This document shows, one piece after another, positions 52,001-62,541 of a stretch of DNA of 64,000 nucleotides. Positions within the stretch are counted from its first letter, which is position 1; the number at the start of each line of letters is the position of its first letter. The notes below the pieces were generated by a model, which was not told the DNA's origin, ran no database searches, and saw only the letters and a list, made by a program, of their open reading frames with translations. The DNA comes from an uncultured Parcubacteria group bacterium (lineage in GTDB: Bacteria > Patescibacteriota > Patescibacteriia > UBA9934 > CAMTUG01). Location: assembly GCA_947084965.1 (NCBI GenBank), contig CAMTUG010000003.1, positions 64,360-128,359 of the forward strand. The letters run 5' to 3'. A program made the position numbers and the translations under genes.

Positions 52001-55000
52001 ATGTTGTTCAAACAAGACATCCTGAAGACGACCGACTTTGACTCGATCCGCATGCGCGTGGCTTCGCCAGAAGCGATTCGCCGCTGGTCGTACGGGGAAG
52101 TCGACAAGCCGGAGACGATCAACTATCGCACCCAAAAACCAGAAAAGGGTGGGCTCTTTGCTGAAGAGATTTTCGGGCCGTCCAAGGACTGGGAATGTTA
52201 CTGTGGAAAGTACAAGAAGATCCGCTATAAAGGGATCGTTTGTGACAAGTGTGGCGTGGAAGTCACCCACTCGATCGTTCGCCGCGAACGCATGGGTCAC
52301 ATCGACCTTTGCGCTCCGGTGACCCACATCTGGTTCCTGCGCGGGTTGCCGTCGAAGATCGGAACGATCCTCGACATGTCGGTCATGGCGCTTGAGAAGG
52401 TCGTCTATTTTGCCAACTTCATTATTACGGACGTCGACGAGCCAGCACGTGAACAGTCGATCGAACAGCTGAAGAGTGAATACAAAGCCAAGAAGAAGAT
52501 GATCGAAGGGGAATTCACCCGCGACGTCGGGCGTTTGGATGAACGCTTTAAAGGCGATGCGGCCAAGATTTCGGAAGAGACGGAGCACCTGGCCCAGATC
52601 CGCGACCGCAAGATGGAAGAACTGGAAGAAGAGTTTGTGGTCGTTGACCGCGAGCTCAAAGACTTGCGTCCGATGAAGATTATCTCGGAAGCGACGTACC
52701 GCGACTGGTCACTCAAGTACGGACATATTTTCGACGCCGGTATCGGTGCCGACGCGGTCTTGAAGTTGCTCTCGCGCGTCAACTTAGAAGCGACGCTCAC
52801 CATGCTGAACGAACAACTCGAAGAAGCATCAGGTGCTAAGCGCGATCGTTTGATTCGCCGCATGAAGTTGCTCAAGTCGTTGCATTTGAACGGAATCAAC
52901 CCAGCCTGGATGATTCTTCAGGCGCTCCCGGTCATTCCACCAGATATTCGTCCGATGGTTCCGCTTGATGGTGGTCGTTTTGCTACGTCGGACTTGAACG
53001 ACTTGTATCGCCGTGTCATCAACCGCAACAATCGCTTGAAGCGCTTGTTTGAACTGACGGCGCCAGAAGTGATCGTGCGTAACGAAAAGCGCATGTTGCA
53101 AGAAGCGGTCGACGCCCTGATCGACAACTCCGCGCGTCGCTCAAAAACCGTCATCGCCGCTACGGGGAAGAAGCGTCAGTTGAAATCCCTCGCGGACTCT
53201 TTGCGTGGAAAGCAAGGTCGCTTCCGTCAGAACTTGCTCGGAAAGCGCATCGACTACTCCGGTCGTTCGGTGATCGTTGTCGGTCCCCACTTGAAACTCA
53301 ATCAATGCGGTCTGCCGAAGATGATGGCGCTTGAACTTTTCAAGCCGTTCGTCATTAGCAAATTGATCGAACGCGAATACGTCCACAACATCCGCTCGGC
53401 CAACCGCTTCATCGAATCGGATCGTGCTGAGGTCTGGGATATTCTGGAAGAGGTGACCCGTGATGCCTTCGTCCTCCTGAACCGTGCTCCGACCCTCCAC
53501 CGTCTTGGTATTCAAGCGTTCCAACCGACATTGATCGAAGGAAAAGCGATTCAAATCCACCCACTCGTTTGTGACGCCTACAACGCGGACTTCGACGGTG
53601 ACCAGATGGCCGTTCACGTTCCGCTTACCACCGAAGCGCGCAAGGAAGCGTCTGAATTGATGCTCTCCACCCGCAACCTTCTGAAGCCAGCGCACGGTTC
53701 GCCGGTGGCGACCCCGGGTAAAGACATCGCCTGGGCCTGCTTCTATCTAACGATGGTTGAAAGCGAACCAGATCCAAAAACGACGCGTTCGTTCCCGGAT
53801 GAACTTTCGGCAATCTACGCCTACGAAAGCAAGAAGCTTGGCATGCACGACTGGATTCGGGTGCGCATCACCAAGTCCGGTGAGTTGGTGACCACGACCC
53901 CGGGTCGGTTGATCGTCAACCGTTCGATGCCAGAAGCGATCCCGTACATGAACAAGACGATCGGCAAGAAAGAAATTGGAGCCATCGTTCGTGACTCGAT
54001 TGAAATTTACGGTTCGCAAGAAACGGCTAAGTTGCTCGATGAATTGAAAGAGCTCGGGTTCAAGCAGATCACTCTCTCTGGGTTCAGTTACGGTATGGCC
54101 GTTCTCCCGGAGATCCCAGAAAAGAGCGAGATTATGGCCGAAGGGGAACGCCGGGTGCAGGAAGTCGAAGATTTCTTTGAGCAAGGGCTGTTGACGCAGG
54201 CAGAACGCCACAGTCAGGTGATTAAGATCTGGACCGAAGTCAAAGATCGTGTGGCAGAATTGGTCAAAAAGGCTCTTCCAAAATCTGGCCCAGCCTACAC
54301 CATGATCGAATCTGGTGCGCGTGGTCAGTGGGGTCAGATGACCCAGACGATCGGTATGATCGGTTTGAAGTCCAATCCAACCGGTGACATCATCGAACTT
54401 CCGGTGAAGTCCTCCTTTAAAGAGGGGGTCAGCGTGCTTGAATACTTCATCTCTTCCCACGGTGTGCGCAAAGGGTTGACCGACACCGCTCTGCGTACAG
54501 CGAACGCTGGGTATCTGACCCGCCGCTTGGTCGACGTGTCGCAAGACATTGTTGTGAAGGAAGATGATTGCGGGGAAGATCAGGGTGTGGTCCTGACCAA
54601 AGCAGAATCCGACGAAATCGGTGAACCGCTCAATGTGCGTATTCTCGGTCGCTATGCCTTGTCAGACATCAAAAAGCCGGGCGGCCGCAAGGTGCTTGTT
54701 CCTGCTGGAGAGTTGATTACAGAAGACGCCATTCGTGAAATCGAAGCGTCGGGTGAAGCTCTTGAAGAAGCTCATGTGCGCTCGGTTATGACCTGTCGCA
54801 TCCGCCGTGGGGTCTGCCAGAAGTGTTATGGCTACGACTTGGCTTACAACAAACTGGTGAAGAACGGTACGGCTGTCGGGATCATGGCCGCCCAGTCGAT
54901 CGGTGAACCGGGTACACAGCTGACCATGCGTACATTCCATACAGGTGGTGTGGCTGGTAAAGACATTACCCAAGGGTTGCCGCGCGTGGAAGAATTGTTT

Positions 55001-55954
55001 GAAGCGCGTCCACCGAAACAGAAGTCGATCATGGCCGAAGTTTCTGGCTCGATTGAAATTGAAAAGGTTGAACGCGAAACGGTCCAGGCCAAGACCGGCC
55101 GCAAGATTATCGACGCCACTCCGGGTCAAAAGATCGTCAAGATCAAGCACGTCGGCGTTGACGAAAAGACGTACGAGCTTGGGAAGAAAGCGGACGTCAA
55201 CGTTAAAGATGGTGCGAGCGTTGTGGCTGGTGAGTTGCTGGCGACCGACGGCGACGAAAAGATCGTTTCTGAAGTTGCTGGTACGGTCAAGATGAGCAAG
55301 AAGAATCTGATCACCGTCATCTTTGAAGGGGAAAAGATTCGTGAATATGTCATTCCACCGGGCACAGCCTTGATCGTCAAGGACGGCGATGAAGTGCAGG
55401 CCGGTGACCCGTTGACCGAAGGGAACCTCGACTTGCAGGTCCTCTTTAAGCACAAAGGTGCGTCCGCTGTGCAGCGCTACTTGTCCAAGGAAATGCAGTT
55501 CATCTACACCTCGCAAGGGCAGAAGGTGAACAACAAGCATATCGAAGTCATCATCCGTCAGATGTTCAGCCGCGTGCTTGTTCTTGATCCGGGAGAAACG
55601 AGCTTGCTCCCGGGTGAAATCATCTCCAAGGCACAGTTCTTGGATGAAAACGACATCGCCCGCGAAAAGGGTGGCAAAGAAGGGACGGCCGAGGACTTGT
55701 GTCTCGGGATCACCAAGGTTGCCCTCTCTACGGACTCCTGGTTGTCGAGCGCGTCCTTCCAAGAAACCGCTCGCGTCTTGATCAACGCTGCAGTAACGGG
55801 CAAGGTAGACAAGCTTGAAGGCCTGAAGGAAAACGTGATCATCGGTCGTCTGATCCCTGCGGGGACCGGCTTTGGCCACGAACATGAACATGAAGAGGAG
55901 CCAACGATTACTGCCGAAGACGTGGAATCGATTGTTACCGAACCGGCCGCGTAA
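52001..55954 (+). CDS. rpoC: DNA-directed RNA polymerase subunit beta'.
   Basis: Zn finger CYCGKYKK...CDKCG, plus the NADFDGDQM active site. Confidence 0.95.
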   Translation: MLFKQDILKTTDFDSIRMRVASPEAIRRWSYGEVDKPETINYRTQKPEKGGLFAEEIFGPSKDWECYCGKYKKIRYKGIVCDKCGVEVTHSIVRRERMGHIDLCAPVTHIWFLRGLPSKIGTILDMSVMALEKVVYFANFIITDVDEPAREQSIEQLKSEYKAKKKMIEGEFTRDVGRLDERFKGDAAKISEETEHLAQIRDRKMEELEEEFVVVDRELKDLRPMKIISEATYRDWSLKYGHIFDAGIGADAVLKLLSRVNLEATLTMLNEQLEEASGAKRDRLIRRMKLLKSLHLNGINPAWMILQALPVIPPDIRPMVPLDGGRFATSDLNDLYRRVINRNNRLKRLFELTAPEVIVRNEKRMLQEAVDALIDNSARRSKTVIAATGKKRQLKSLADSLRGKQGRFRQNLLGKRIDYSGRSVIVVGPHLKLNQCGLPKMMALELFKPFVISKLIEREYVHNIRSANRFIESDRAEVWDILEEVTRDAFVLLNRAPTLHRLGIQAFQPTLIEGKAIQIHPLVCDAYNADFDGDQMAVHVPLTTEARKEASELMLSTRNLLKPAHGSPVATPGKDIAWACFYLTMVESEPDPKTTRSFPDELSAIYAYESKKLGMHDWIRVRITKSGELVTTTPGRLIVNRSMPEAIPYMNKTIGKKEIGAIVRDSIEIYGSQETAKLLDELKELGFKQITLSGFSYGMAVLPEIPEKSEIMAEGERRVQEVEDFFEQGLLTQAERHSQVIKIWTEVKDRVAELVKKALPKSGPAYTMIESGARGQWGQMTQTIGMIGLKSNPTGDIIELPVKSSFKEGVSVLEYFISSHGVRKGLTDTALRTANAGYLTRRLVDVSQDIVVKEDDCGEDQGVVLTKAESDEIGEPLNVRILGRYALSDIKKPGGRKVLVPAGELITEDAIREIEASGEALEEAHVRSVMTCRIRRGVCQKCYGYDLAYNKLVKNGTAVGIMAAQSIGEPGTQLTMRTFHTGGVAGKDITQGLPRVEELFEARPPKQKSIMAEVSGSIEIEKVERETVQAKTGRKIIDATPGQKIVKIKHVGVDEKTYELGKKADVNVKDGASVVAGELLATDGDEKIVSEVAGTVKMSKKNLITVIFEGEKIREYVIPPGTALIVKDGDEVQAGDPLTEGNLDLQVLFKHKGASAVQRYLSKEMQFIYTSQGQKVNNKHIEVIIRQMFSRVLVLDPGETSLLPGEIISKAQFLDENDIAREKGGKEGTAEDLCLGITKVALSTDSWLSSASFQETARVLINAAVTGKVDKLEGLKENVIIGRLIPAGTGFGHEHEHEEEPTITAEDVESIVTEPAA

Positions 55955-55973
55955 ACGAAAGATTTACAGAGAA

Positions 55974-56000
55974 AAGACGGGGCTATTGCCTCGTCTTTTC
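55974..56000 (+). terminator. Rho-independent terminator after rpoC.
   Basis: AAGACGGggctattgCCTCGTCTT followed by TTC. Confidence 0.65.
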
Positions 56001-56026
56001 GGTTCCTGTGTTAGAATGTTGGCACT

Positions 56027-57403
56027 ATGTTTGATGTAGGAAATAATCCAGAAGTAGAGTCTTCGATCGATGGTCCTGAGGTCGAAGCAGACGGTGTTGA
56101 GACTACGGAATTAAACTCGACTGAGCACAATGCGGAGCAGCTCAAGCGGGTAGAGGAATCTTTGCAGCTATTGGTGCCGGTGATGGAAACGTTTAAGGAC
56201 GCCAGTAAGGACGTCCTTGAGGAAAATTTTGTTGTTCAAGTTACAGCGATTGAGCAGCAATTAGGGGAAGTGCTCAGTGCCGAGAGTCGTCAGATGATTC
56301 ACGAAAGGCTCGTTGGCGAGGTATTGGCTCAAAAAAATACTGTTGTAACGATGACGGAGAATCTGACGGCAGAGCGTGAGAAACTTTCTGAAACAGCCGA
56401 GCGAAAGTTCAGTTATATTCTGTTGCGTTGGCAGCAGATAGACCGTACCCCGGAGCTCATTCAGGCATTTCAGGAGTTTGGTCGCTCAAAGCCGACAGAT
56501 GAACAGTATGACGCTGTGGCGAGGCAACTGAATGAGTTATACAAGGAGTACATGAAAGATCCTCGGGTACCGAGTGACAAGATTCCAGAGTTCGCAGCAC
56601 GAGTAAAAGAGGTGGCTGCGGAGCTCAAGGGGCAATCCGTTTCAGTGTCTGAGGGCAACCCAGGTGCGGTTGCGGTTGATCAAGCGCCGTCTTCAGAAGC
56701 GTTTGTACAAGCGCGTGAGGCCGATGTTCTTGAGCGTGCGACTGATATTGTCCCGACAGAAGAATCAAATGAGGAGATGGTCGCACAGTTCGCTGACGGG
56801 ACACTTCCCCCGGACAAAGCATCGTTTGTTGCAAAGGCCATCGAGTTAGACGACGATGATGACGAACAAGGAGGAGAAGCATCTGCTGCACCAGCCGGGA
56901 TGCAGGGCGGGACAGATACGGAGTTCGGAGGCGCGGTGCCAGGTCACGAAACGGAGGCAGATGGGAAGGCTGTTGTGGTAGAGACGATCACAAATTTGGT
57001 GAAGTCACCGGAATCTGTTCTTGGAAATCCAACAGCAGAGGAGGAAAAGAATTCTCGAGAACGAGCCGTTGCTGTACTTCTTGATGCGATGCGTAAACGC
57101 TATCCAAATGAAGATGAACTGATTAAGCGGCTGACGGAAGTTTTTCAAGGTTACAAGTTGGCCTGGGCGCTGGACCGCAAGTCGCGGCCAGGGCTCGATG
57201 AAGCTGCACATAAGAAAGCGGCGATGGAAGAGGTGACACGGGATTTGCCGGAAAAGGACGGTGTCGTTATTGACCAATCGATCAATCAAACCCCTGGGCT
57301 GACCCGGGAAAAGGTGATGAGCCAATTCTTTGAACTTATCGAGGCGGAGAGCAATCTGGTCTCCCCAGATACGTCCTCGTTGGAACCTACACCAGCCGAA
57401 TAG
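56027..57403 (+). CDS. Highly acidic hypothetical protein of 458 aa.
   Basis: ORF track. It has D/E-rich stretches and no transmembrane segment. Confidence 0.5.
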   Translation: MFDVGNNPEVESSIDGPEVEADGVETTELNSTEHNAEQLKRVEESLQLLVPVMETFKDASKDVLEENFVVQVTAIEQQLGEVLSAESRQMIHERLVGEVLAQKNTVVTMTENLTAEREKLSETAERKFSYILLRWQQIDRTPELIQAFQEFGRSKPTDEQYDAVARQLNELYKEYMKDPRVPSDKIPEFAARVKEVAAELKGQSVSVSEGNPGAVAVDQAPSSEAFVQAREADVLERATDIVPTEESNEEMVAQFADGTLPPDKASFVAKAIELDDDDDEQGGEASAAPAGMQGGTDTEFGGAVPGHETEADGKAVVVETITNLVKSPESVLGNPTAEEEKNSRERAVAVLLDAMRKRYPNEDELIKRLTEVFQGYKLAWALDRKSRPGLDEAAHKKAAMEEVTRDLPEKDGVVIDQSINQTPGLTREKVMSQFFELIEAESNLVSPDTSSLEPTPAE

Positions 57404-57426
57404 TTGTCTTCGGTCTAGGATGTGAG

Positions 57427-57455
57427 AAGGCGGGACCCAGTTTGGGCCCCGCCTT
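57427..57455. terminator. GC-rich hairpin between convergent genes, a probable bidirectional terminator.
   Basis: AAGGCGGGaCCCagtttGGGcCCCGCCTT. Confidence 0.5.
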
Positions 57456-57460
57456 TGAAG

Positions 57461-58363
57461 TTAGCACAGACGAACAACCGGCGGAATCGGTGCTGTCGGA
57501 TCCGACTTCCAGAAGAAGACGCACGGCTCGAAGATGATGTCGATGATCCCTCCGGCATCGGTGAAGTGAGCGGCGAGCGCGTCGTAGACGATTCGGCCCT
57601 CGGTCCGATCGAGGAATTGCGCCGTGTAGACGCGGTGTCCGGCTTCGGTCAGGACCGGGTAGAAGCCCATGTTGAGGAGGCTGGCGCGTAGGAGGGTCAT
57701 GGTCGCGCCGTCCGTTTTCTCGAGCGGGATTCCGCGAGCCGGAGTCGGCGTTTTCACATGAATGTCCGCCCGCTTGAATTCGCCATCGCTTGCTTCGTCT
57801 ACCGAGCGCAAGGTCCCAGCGGTGAACGGGAGCACGCCTCCGTCCTTCCACGGCCTCCACCAGTCCACCGTCGTACGATAAGACGTGGGGTAGATTTCGA
57901 GTTCCAGATACCCGCGTACTTCGCTGTAGCTCTTCCAGACCGTGATCAGATCCTCGCAGGCCTTCCGAACGAGACGGAAGATTCCTGATCGGTGCCCGGC
58001 ATCCGTCACGAATTTGAGGGTGTAGTGATCCGGGTAGCAGTTGGGTACGAACTCAACGAAGTGATCCGGCTCGAACCCGAGGGCAACGATCGTGTTCACG
58101 AAGTCGACGGGGAGGGTGGTGCAGTCGAGGTGAGCCTCGATGACCGTTCCCGACGTGGGAGGGTTGGGCAGTAGGCACTCCTCCCGGATGGCGGCGGCGA
58201 GCCTTCCTACCTTGCCGGGGTGCTTGTTCGTGAGCGCGATGAGCTCAGCGATCGATGGTTCGCAGATCCCGTCGAACGGCTGGCGAGATCGGGCGAGCGG
58301 CAGGATGCCTGCCGGGAGCGTGTAGGAAGTCAAGCGGTGAGCCAGGTGGTCGTAGATGTGCAT
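57461..58363 (-). CDS. Hypothetical protein of 300 aa, GC about 63%.
   Basis: ORF track. It is divergent from a TrmB-family regulator across an AT-rich 144-nt gap. Confidence 0.5.
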   Translation of the reverse strand: MHIYDHLAHRLTSYTLPAGILPLARSRQPFDGICEPSIAELIALTNKHPGKVGRLAAAIREECLLPNPPTSGTVIEAHLDCTTLPVDFVNTIVALGFEPDHFVEFVPNCYPDHYTLKFVTDAGHRSGIFRLVRKACEDLITVWKSYSEVRGYLELEIYPTSYRTTVDWWRPWKDGGVLPFTAGTLRSVDEASDGEFKRADIHVKTPTPARGIPLEKTDGATMTLLRASLLNMGFYPVLTEAGHRVYTAQFLDRTEGRIVYDALAAHFTDAGGIIDIIFEPCVFFWKSDPTAPIPPVVRLC

Positions 58364-58507
58364 GTAAACCTCCTTTTAGAGAGTACTAGACGCGCATAAA
58401 GTTGACAGAAAGTACGACAACGAATAGATTTACTATTAGCTTTATGTTGTAAATGTTGATGGTCGTTAATTTAAGATTCGACGGAAATTTCGTCATTTTA
58501 AAACTCT

Positions 58508-59245
58508 ATGATGAAAAAAGTCCTTCAGGATGCGGGACTGAACGGTAACGAAGCCACGGTGTACCTGGCTATTCTTGAGCTTGGTTCGACCAATATCGCC
58601 ATGCTTACAAAGGAGACAAAGCTCCCGCGCTCAACGGTCTATAGTGTCCTGGCTACGCTCGAGCCGACGGGATTAGTGTTTACATATCTCAGGAAAAAGA
58701 CGCGGATGTACACGGCCCATGATCCGAGTATCATCCTTAAGAAAGCAAAGGAAAGAGTGGCTTTGATTGAAGAGGCTCTGCCTGAGCTTAACGATCTCTA
58801 TCGCTCATCACAAAGTCATCCGCAAATTCGGTACTTTCAGGGACGATCGGAGATTCGAGAAATGTATGATGGGATTTTAAAAATGCGCGGACTAAAAATG
58901 TACGACATCATTTGCTCTGAAGAGGCGTGGTTAGAGATGGGTCAGTCGTTTGCGGAACGGTTCAAGTCCAAAAGAGCTGAAAAGAAAATCATGACCCGTT
59001 TGATTCTGGGTCATTCCCCTCCTGCACTGGCTCGCAAGAGGGCAGAAGAGGAAACGTATTCTGAAGTGAAAATCATTCCGCCAGGACTTCACTGGTCTGC
59101 GACCGCCGGTTGCTATATCTTCGAGGATCGAGTAATTTTCTTGGGCTACAAGAAGGAGCACATCGCGGTGGAGATTCAATCAAAGGAGATTGCTCAGTTG
59201 ATGCAGATGAACTTCGAGTTCATGTGGCGGTTTCTGGCGAGATAA
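58508..59245 (+). CDS. TrmB-family transcriptional regulator (regulator 1).
   Basis: N-terminal wHTH (ATVYLAILELGSTNIAMLTKETKLPRSTVYSVL) plus a TrmB C-terminal domain. Confidence 0.6.
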   Translation: MMKKVLQDAGLNGNEATVYLAILELGSTNIAMLTKETKLPRSTVYSVLATLEPTGLVFTYLRKKTRMYTAHDPSIILKKAKERVALIEEALPELNDLYRSSQSHPQIRYFQGRSEIREMYDGILKMRGLKMYDIICSEEAWLEMGQSFAERFKSKRAEKKIMTRLILGHSPPALARKRAEEETYSEVKIIPPGLHWSATAGCYIFEDRVIFLGYKKEHIAVEIQSKEIAQLMQMNFEFMWRFLAR

Positions 59246-59255
59246 CATTAACGTT

Positions 59256-59978
59256 ATGGCACGACATTCGCACTGGCATAATATTCAGGTGAAAAAAGGG
59301 AAGGCGGACGCGGTGAAGGCCAAGGCGTTCACTAAGTTGGCGATTGCGGTGACGCTTGCGGCCAAAGAAGGCGGCGGGGATCCGACGTTCAACTTTAAGT
59401 TGCGCATGGCGATTGATGCCGCTCGGGCGGCGAACATGACCAACGATAAAATCGAGCGCGCTGTTGCCCGTGGACTTGGTACCGGCGAAGGTGGGCAGGT
59501 CGAGGAAGTGTTGTACGAAGGGTTTGGTCCAGGCGGTGCGGCAGTTTTGATTGAAGGAGTTACCGACAATCGCGCGCGCACCGTGGCTGAGGTAAAAATG
59601 ATCGTTTCGAAAAACGGTGGATCGATCGGGGCTTCCGGTTCGGTGAAGTGGATGTTTGATCGCAAAGCGGTGGTGCGGATTGAGGCCGATCAGTTGCCGC
59701 AGGATCGTGATGCGTTCGAGCTGACGTTGATCGAAGCGGGCGCGGATGATATTCAATCAGCCGAAGAAGGAGTCACGGTCCTCGGGAACGTGAAGTCACT
59801 CCAGATGATCAAAGAAGCGGCCGAAGCGCAGGGGTGCATAATCGCCTCTGCCGGGTTTGAGTACATCCCAAATCAAACGGTCGCGCTTTCAGACGCGGAT
59901 TCTGGGGCGCTCGAGGCTCTTGTAGGGGTGATCGAAGAGAATGATGATGTGGTTAGTGTGTATACAAACGAGGCTTAA
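59256..59978 (+). CDS. yebC: YebC/PmpR-family transcriptional regulatory protein.
   Basis: MARHSHWHNIQVKKGKADAVKAKAFTKL... Confidence 0.85.
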   Translation: MARHSHWHNIQVKKGKADAVKAKAFTKLAIAVTLAAKEGGGDPTFNFKLRMAIDAARAANMTNDKIERAVARGLGTGEGGQVEEVLYEGFGPGGAAVLIEGVTDNRARTVAEVKMIVSKNGGSIGASGSVKWMFDRKAVVRIEADQLPQDRDAFELTLIEAGADDIQSAEEGVTVLGNVKSLQMIKEAAEAQGCIIASAGFEYIPNQTVALSDADSGALEALVGVIEENDDVVSVYTNEA

Positions 59979-59979
59979 T

Positions 59980-60465
59980 ATGAAAACGATCCTCGGCATC
60001 GACCCAGGGATCGGTCGTACCGGCTACGGTGTGATTCGGGTTGATGGGTTGAAGATAGAAGTAGTGACGTTTGGGTGCATTTCAACGCCGGTGAATACAC
60101 CGGTTGGGGCTCGGCTGGTGGAACTTGAACGGGATCTGACCGAGTTGATCCAGACGTACAAACCGGATCGTGTTTCTGTTGAGCAGCTCTTGTTTACAAA
60201 AAACGTTTCAACCGGAATCGTCGTTGGCGAGGCGCGTGGAGTTGTTCTTCTTGTTGCGGAGAAAGCACACCTGCCTGTCGTGGAATTCACACCATCGCAA
60301 ATTAAACTTGCCGTCACTGGTGATGGCAACGCAGACAAAGGTCAAGTTCAAGACATGGTCATGCGACTTTTGAATCTCGCCAAGCGTCCTACACCCGACG
60401 ACGCCGCTGATGCACTGGCGATTGCGATCTGCGGCTCAACGGTTAACGAAAAAGCTCTCCGGTAA
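59980..60465 (+). CDS. ruvC: Holliday junction resolvase RuvC.
   Basis: MKTILGIDPGIGRTGYGVI..., with the start at the ATG at 59980. It lies immediately after yebC, the conserved yebC-ruvC order. Confidence 0.85.
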   Translation: MKTILGIDPGIGRTGYGVIRVDGLKIEVVTFGCISTPVNTPVGARLVELERDLTELIQTYKPDRVSVEQLLFTKNVSTGIVVGEARGVVLLVAEKAHLPVVEFTPSQIKLAVTGDGNADKGQVQDMVMRLLNLAKRPTPDDAADALAIAICGSTVNEKALR

Positions 60466-60479
60466 AGGAGAGTTTTTTC
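60455..60479 (+). terminator. Rho-independent terminator after ruvC.
   Basis: CTCTCCggtaaaGGAGAG followed by TTTTTT. Confidence 0.7.
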
Positions 60480-60480
60480 A

Positions 60481-60555
60481 TGGAGCGGGTAGGGGGAGTC
60501 GAACCCCCATCATCAGTTTGGAAAACTGAGATAATAACCGCTATACGATACCCGC
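60481..60555 (-). tRNA. tRNA-Gly (anticodon TCC).
   Basis: The reverse complement reads GCGGGTA...TCAGT-TTTCCAA-ACTGA...GGGGGTTCGACTCCCCC-TACCCGC-T-CCA. Confidence 0.8.
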
Positions 60556-60556
60556 A

Positions 60557-60634
60557 TGGTCGGGCCGGCGAGGCTCGAACTCGCGGCCTCCTGGTCCCAA
60601 ACCAGGCGCGCTACCAACTGCGCCACGGCCCGAC
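60557..60634 (-). tRNA. tRNA-Pro (anticodon TGG).
   Basis: The reverse complement reads GTCGGGC...CCTGG-TTTGGGA-CCAGG...GCGAGTTCGAGCCTCGC...GCCCGAC-CA. Confidence 0.8.
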
Positions 60635-60712
60635 GTGTGCTCGAGTGAAGCTCGGTGCCACGCAAATATAGCGGAATTGAGTGGGTTTGTAAAGGCTCAA
60701 GGGAGGCCCATA

Positions 60713-60752
60713 AAACGCAGCGCCGCCCCGGGAGTGTCCCAGGGCGGGCGTG
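60713..60752. repeat. 40-bp GC-rich hairpin repeat, copy 1.
   Basis: The sequence aaacgcagcgccgccccgggagtgtcccagggcgggcgtg is identical to copy 2. Confidence 0.7.
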
Positions 60753-60793
60753 GTGCTATCCTAGCTTGGGCGCGGGGAGGCAGGCGGCTTGTG

Positions 60794-61609
60794 TCACCTT
60801 CCGCGAGCGAGGATCAGGGCGACCGAAGCGATAGCGTCCGCTTCGGTGCGGCTGATCGCTCCGTCGCGGGTGATGATCGAGAATGCTCCGATGAGATCGG
60901 GGCACAGAGTGCGCATGTTCTCCATGCTGTCCCCCACCTCGACTTCGATCCAGCGGGTCGGTTCCATGATGATGCGGAGGGCCTCGCCGACCTCGGTGGC
61001 ATTGTTGAGCCGGGTCCAGTCGGAGAGACGATACGGACCGGGTTCCATCTCCACCTTCTGGGCCAAGTCCTTGGAGGCTGGCCAGAGCCCGACCCCGAAT
61101 CCCGCGTTCTCGATCGAACCACAGCGGAATCCGGCATCTGCGCAGGTCTGGACGAACCAGCGCCACCAGCGATCGAGGTGCTCCCGGGTAGCCGATCGCG
61201 GCGGGATCCCTTCCTGCTCCAGCCAGAAGGAGAAGGGGTAGCTTTGTGCCGCCGTCACAACGATCGCCCGTTGGGCTTCGTTTGCCACGTGAGACTGGGT
61301 GGTGCGCATCACCATGATGCCGATGATGCCGATGAGTGCATTGGCGTGTCCGTTCGCCGCCGCATCCCGCAGGGCGAGGACGACATCGGGACGATCCAGG
61401 AGGTATCCAGTGAGTCCCGCCAGGCGCGCAGGGGTGATCTCCCCGCCATCCCTGCGGGTCAGACGGTATTCATCCCTTCCATCGGGGCCCGGTGCGATTT
61501 CCAGAACGAAGGACTCAATTGCGGGGGCGGGATGTTCCATCTTCTTCTCCGATGCGTGGTGATTCTCGCCATGTTGTGCTGCGAGTGACAACTGTAAAAA
61601 AATAATCAA
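60794..61609 (-). CDS. Hypothetical protein of 271 aa, GC about 64%.
   Basis: ORF track. It is divergent from TrmB regulator 2. The + strand ORF 60635-61588 runs over tRNA genes and is rejected. Confidence 0.5.
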   Translation of the reverse strand: MIIFLQLSLAAQHGENHHASEKKMEHPAPAIESFVLEIAPGPDGRDEYRLTRRDGGEITPARLAGLTGYLLDRPDVVLALRDAAANGHANALIGIIGIMVMRTTQSHVANEAQRAIVVTAAQSYPFSFWLEQEGIPPRSATREHLDRWWRWFVQTCADAGFRCGSIENAGFGVGLWPASKDLAQKVEMEPGPYRLSDWTRLNNATEVGEALRIIMEPTRWIEVEVGDSMENMRTLCPDLIGAFSIITRDGAISRTEADAIASVALILARGR

Positions 61610-61737
61610 AGTACGTCAATAACTCTGTCTATTTATGTGTTTAGTTAATAAAGAGTCCAGTAAAGTCAAATATTCATCTACTTTTAGTCGTCAAGAAAGT
61701 TGACAGAAGTTCCTAACCGCGAGATGATATTAACCCT

Positions 61738-62496
61738 ATGGACCTACGAAAAGGACTTCAACAAACAGGGCTCACAGACAAGCAAACGGATGTGTATTTG
61801 GCCTGTCTTCAGCTCGGGGTGGCTACGGTTTTTGAGATCGCAAAATACGCGGCACAAAAGCGGCCGACGACGTATTTGATTTTAGATCAACTCGAAGAAA
61901 TGGGATTGGTCAGTCGAGTTCGAAAAGAGACTAAGGTTTTTTATAAAGCCGAAGAGCCAGAGCTGTTGCTTACTCAGATCCAATCAAAAGAAAAGTTGGT
62001 ACAGGATTTACTTCCCTCACTGAAAGCGATCTACAACGTTGATCCGGAAAAGCCGGTTATCAAAATTCACGAAGGTATTTCTGGGGTCCGTAATGTATAC
62101 ACGGAGATCTTTACTTACTTAGCGAATCATCCAGAAGAGGAGCTCCTCATTTTTGGATCACTGAAAGATGCTCTAGAGCACTTCGAGACAGAAGTCGTTG
62201 ATTACTTTTATACATCGATCGGTCGAGCGAAGACGCGTGTGCGCGAGATCGGTAATGATGATCATGAAACGCGAAAGTACTATCGGGCGTCTGCACGATT
62301 GAACGAGAATCATCAGATTCGCCTCATTCGTCACGAAGGGGAGTTCGTCCAAACGGATAACTTGTTGTACGGCAATCGTCTGGCGACCTTTTCTGTTAAA
62401 GAACATCTGTTTGTCACAACAACAGAATCAGCTACGATTACCGAAACGTATCGCACCTTATTTAACATGGCGTGGAAAAGTGGAAAGCCAATTTAA
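61738..62496 (+). CDS. TrmB-family transcriptional regulator (regulator 2).
   Basis: wHTH KQTDVYLACLQLGVATVFEIAKYAAQKRPTTYLILDQL. Confidence 0.6.
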   Translation: MDLRKGLQQTGLTDKQTDVYLACLQLGVATVFEIAKYAAQKRPTTYLILDQLEEMGLVSRVRKETKVFYKAEEPELLLTQIQSKEKLVQDLLPSLKAIYNVDPEKPVIKIHEGISGVRNVYTEIFTYLANHPEEELLIFGSLKDALEHFETEVVDYFYTSIGRAKTRVREIGNDDHETRKYYRASARLNENHQIRLIRHEGEFVQTDNLLYGNRLATFSVKEHLFVTTTESATITETYRTLFNMAWKSGKPI

Positions 62497-62534
62497 ACGC
62501 AGCGCCGCCCCGGGAGTGTCCCAGGGCGGGCGTG
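62495..62534. repeat. 40-bp GC-rich hairpin repeat, copy 2.
   Basis: Identical to 60713-60752; it overlaps the stop codon of TrmB regulator 2. Confidence 0.7.
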
Positions 62535-62541
62535 AGCGCAC

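Noticed and set aside
60635-61588. + strand 317-aa ORF.
   Set aside because: It reads through the tRNA-Pro gene and the 40-bp repeat. The minus-strand ORF 60794-61609 is preferred.
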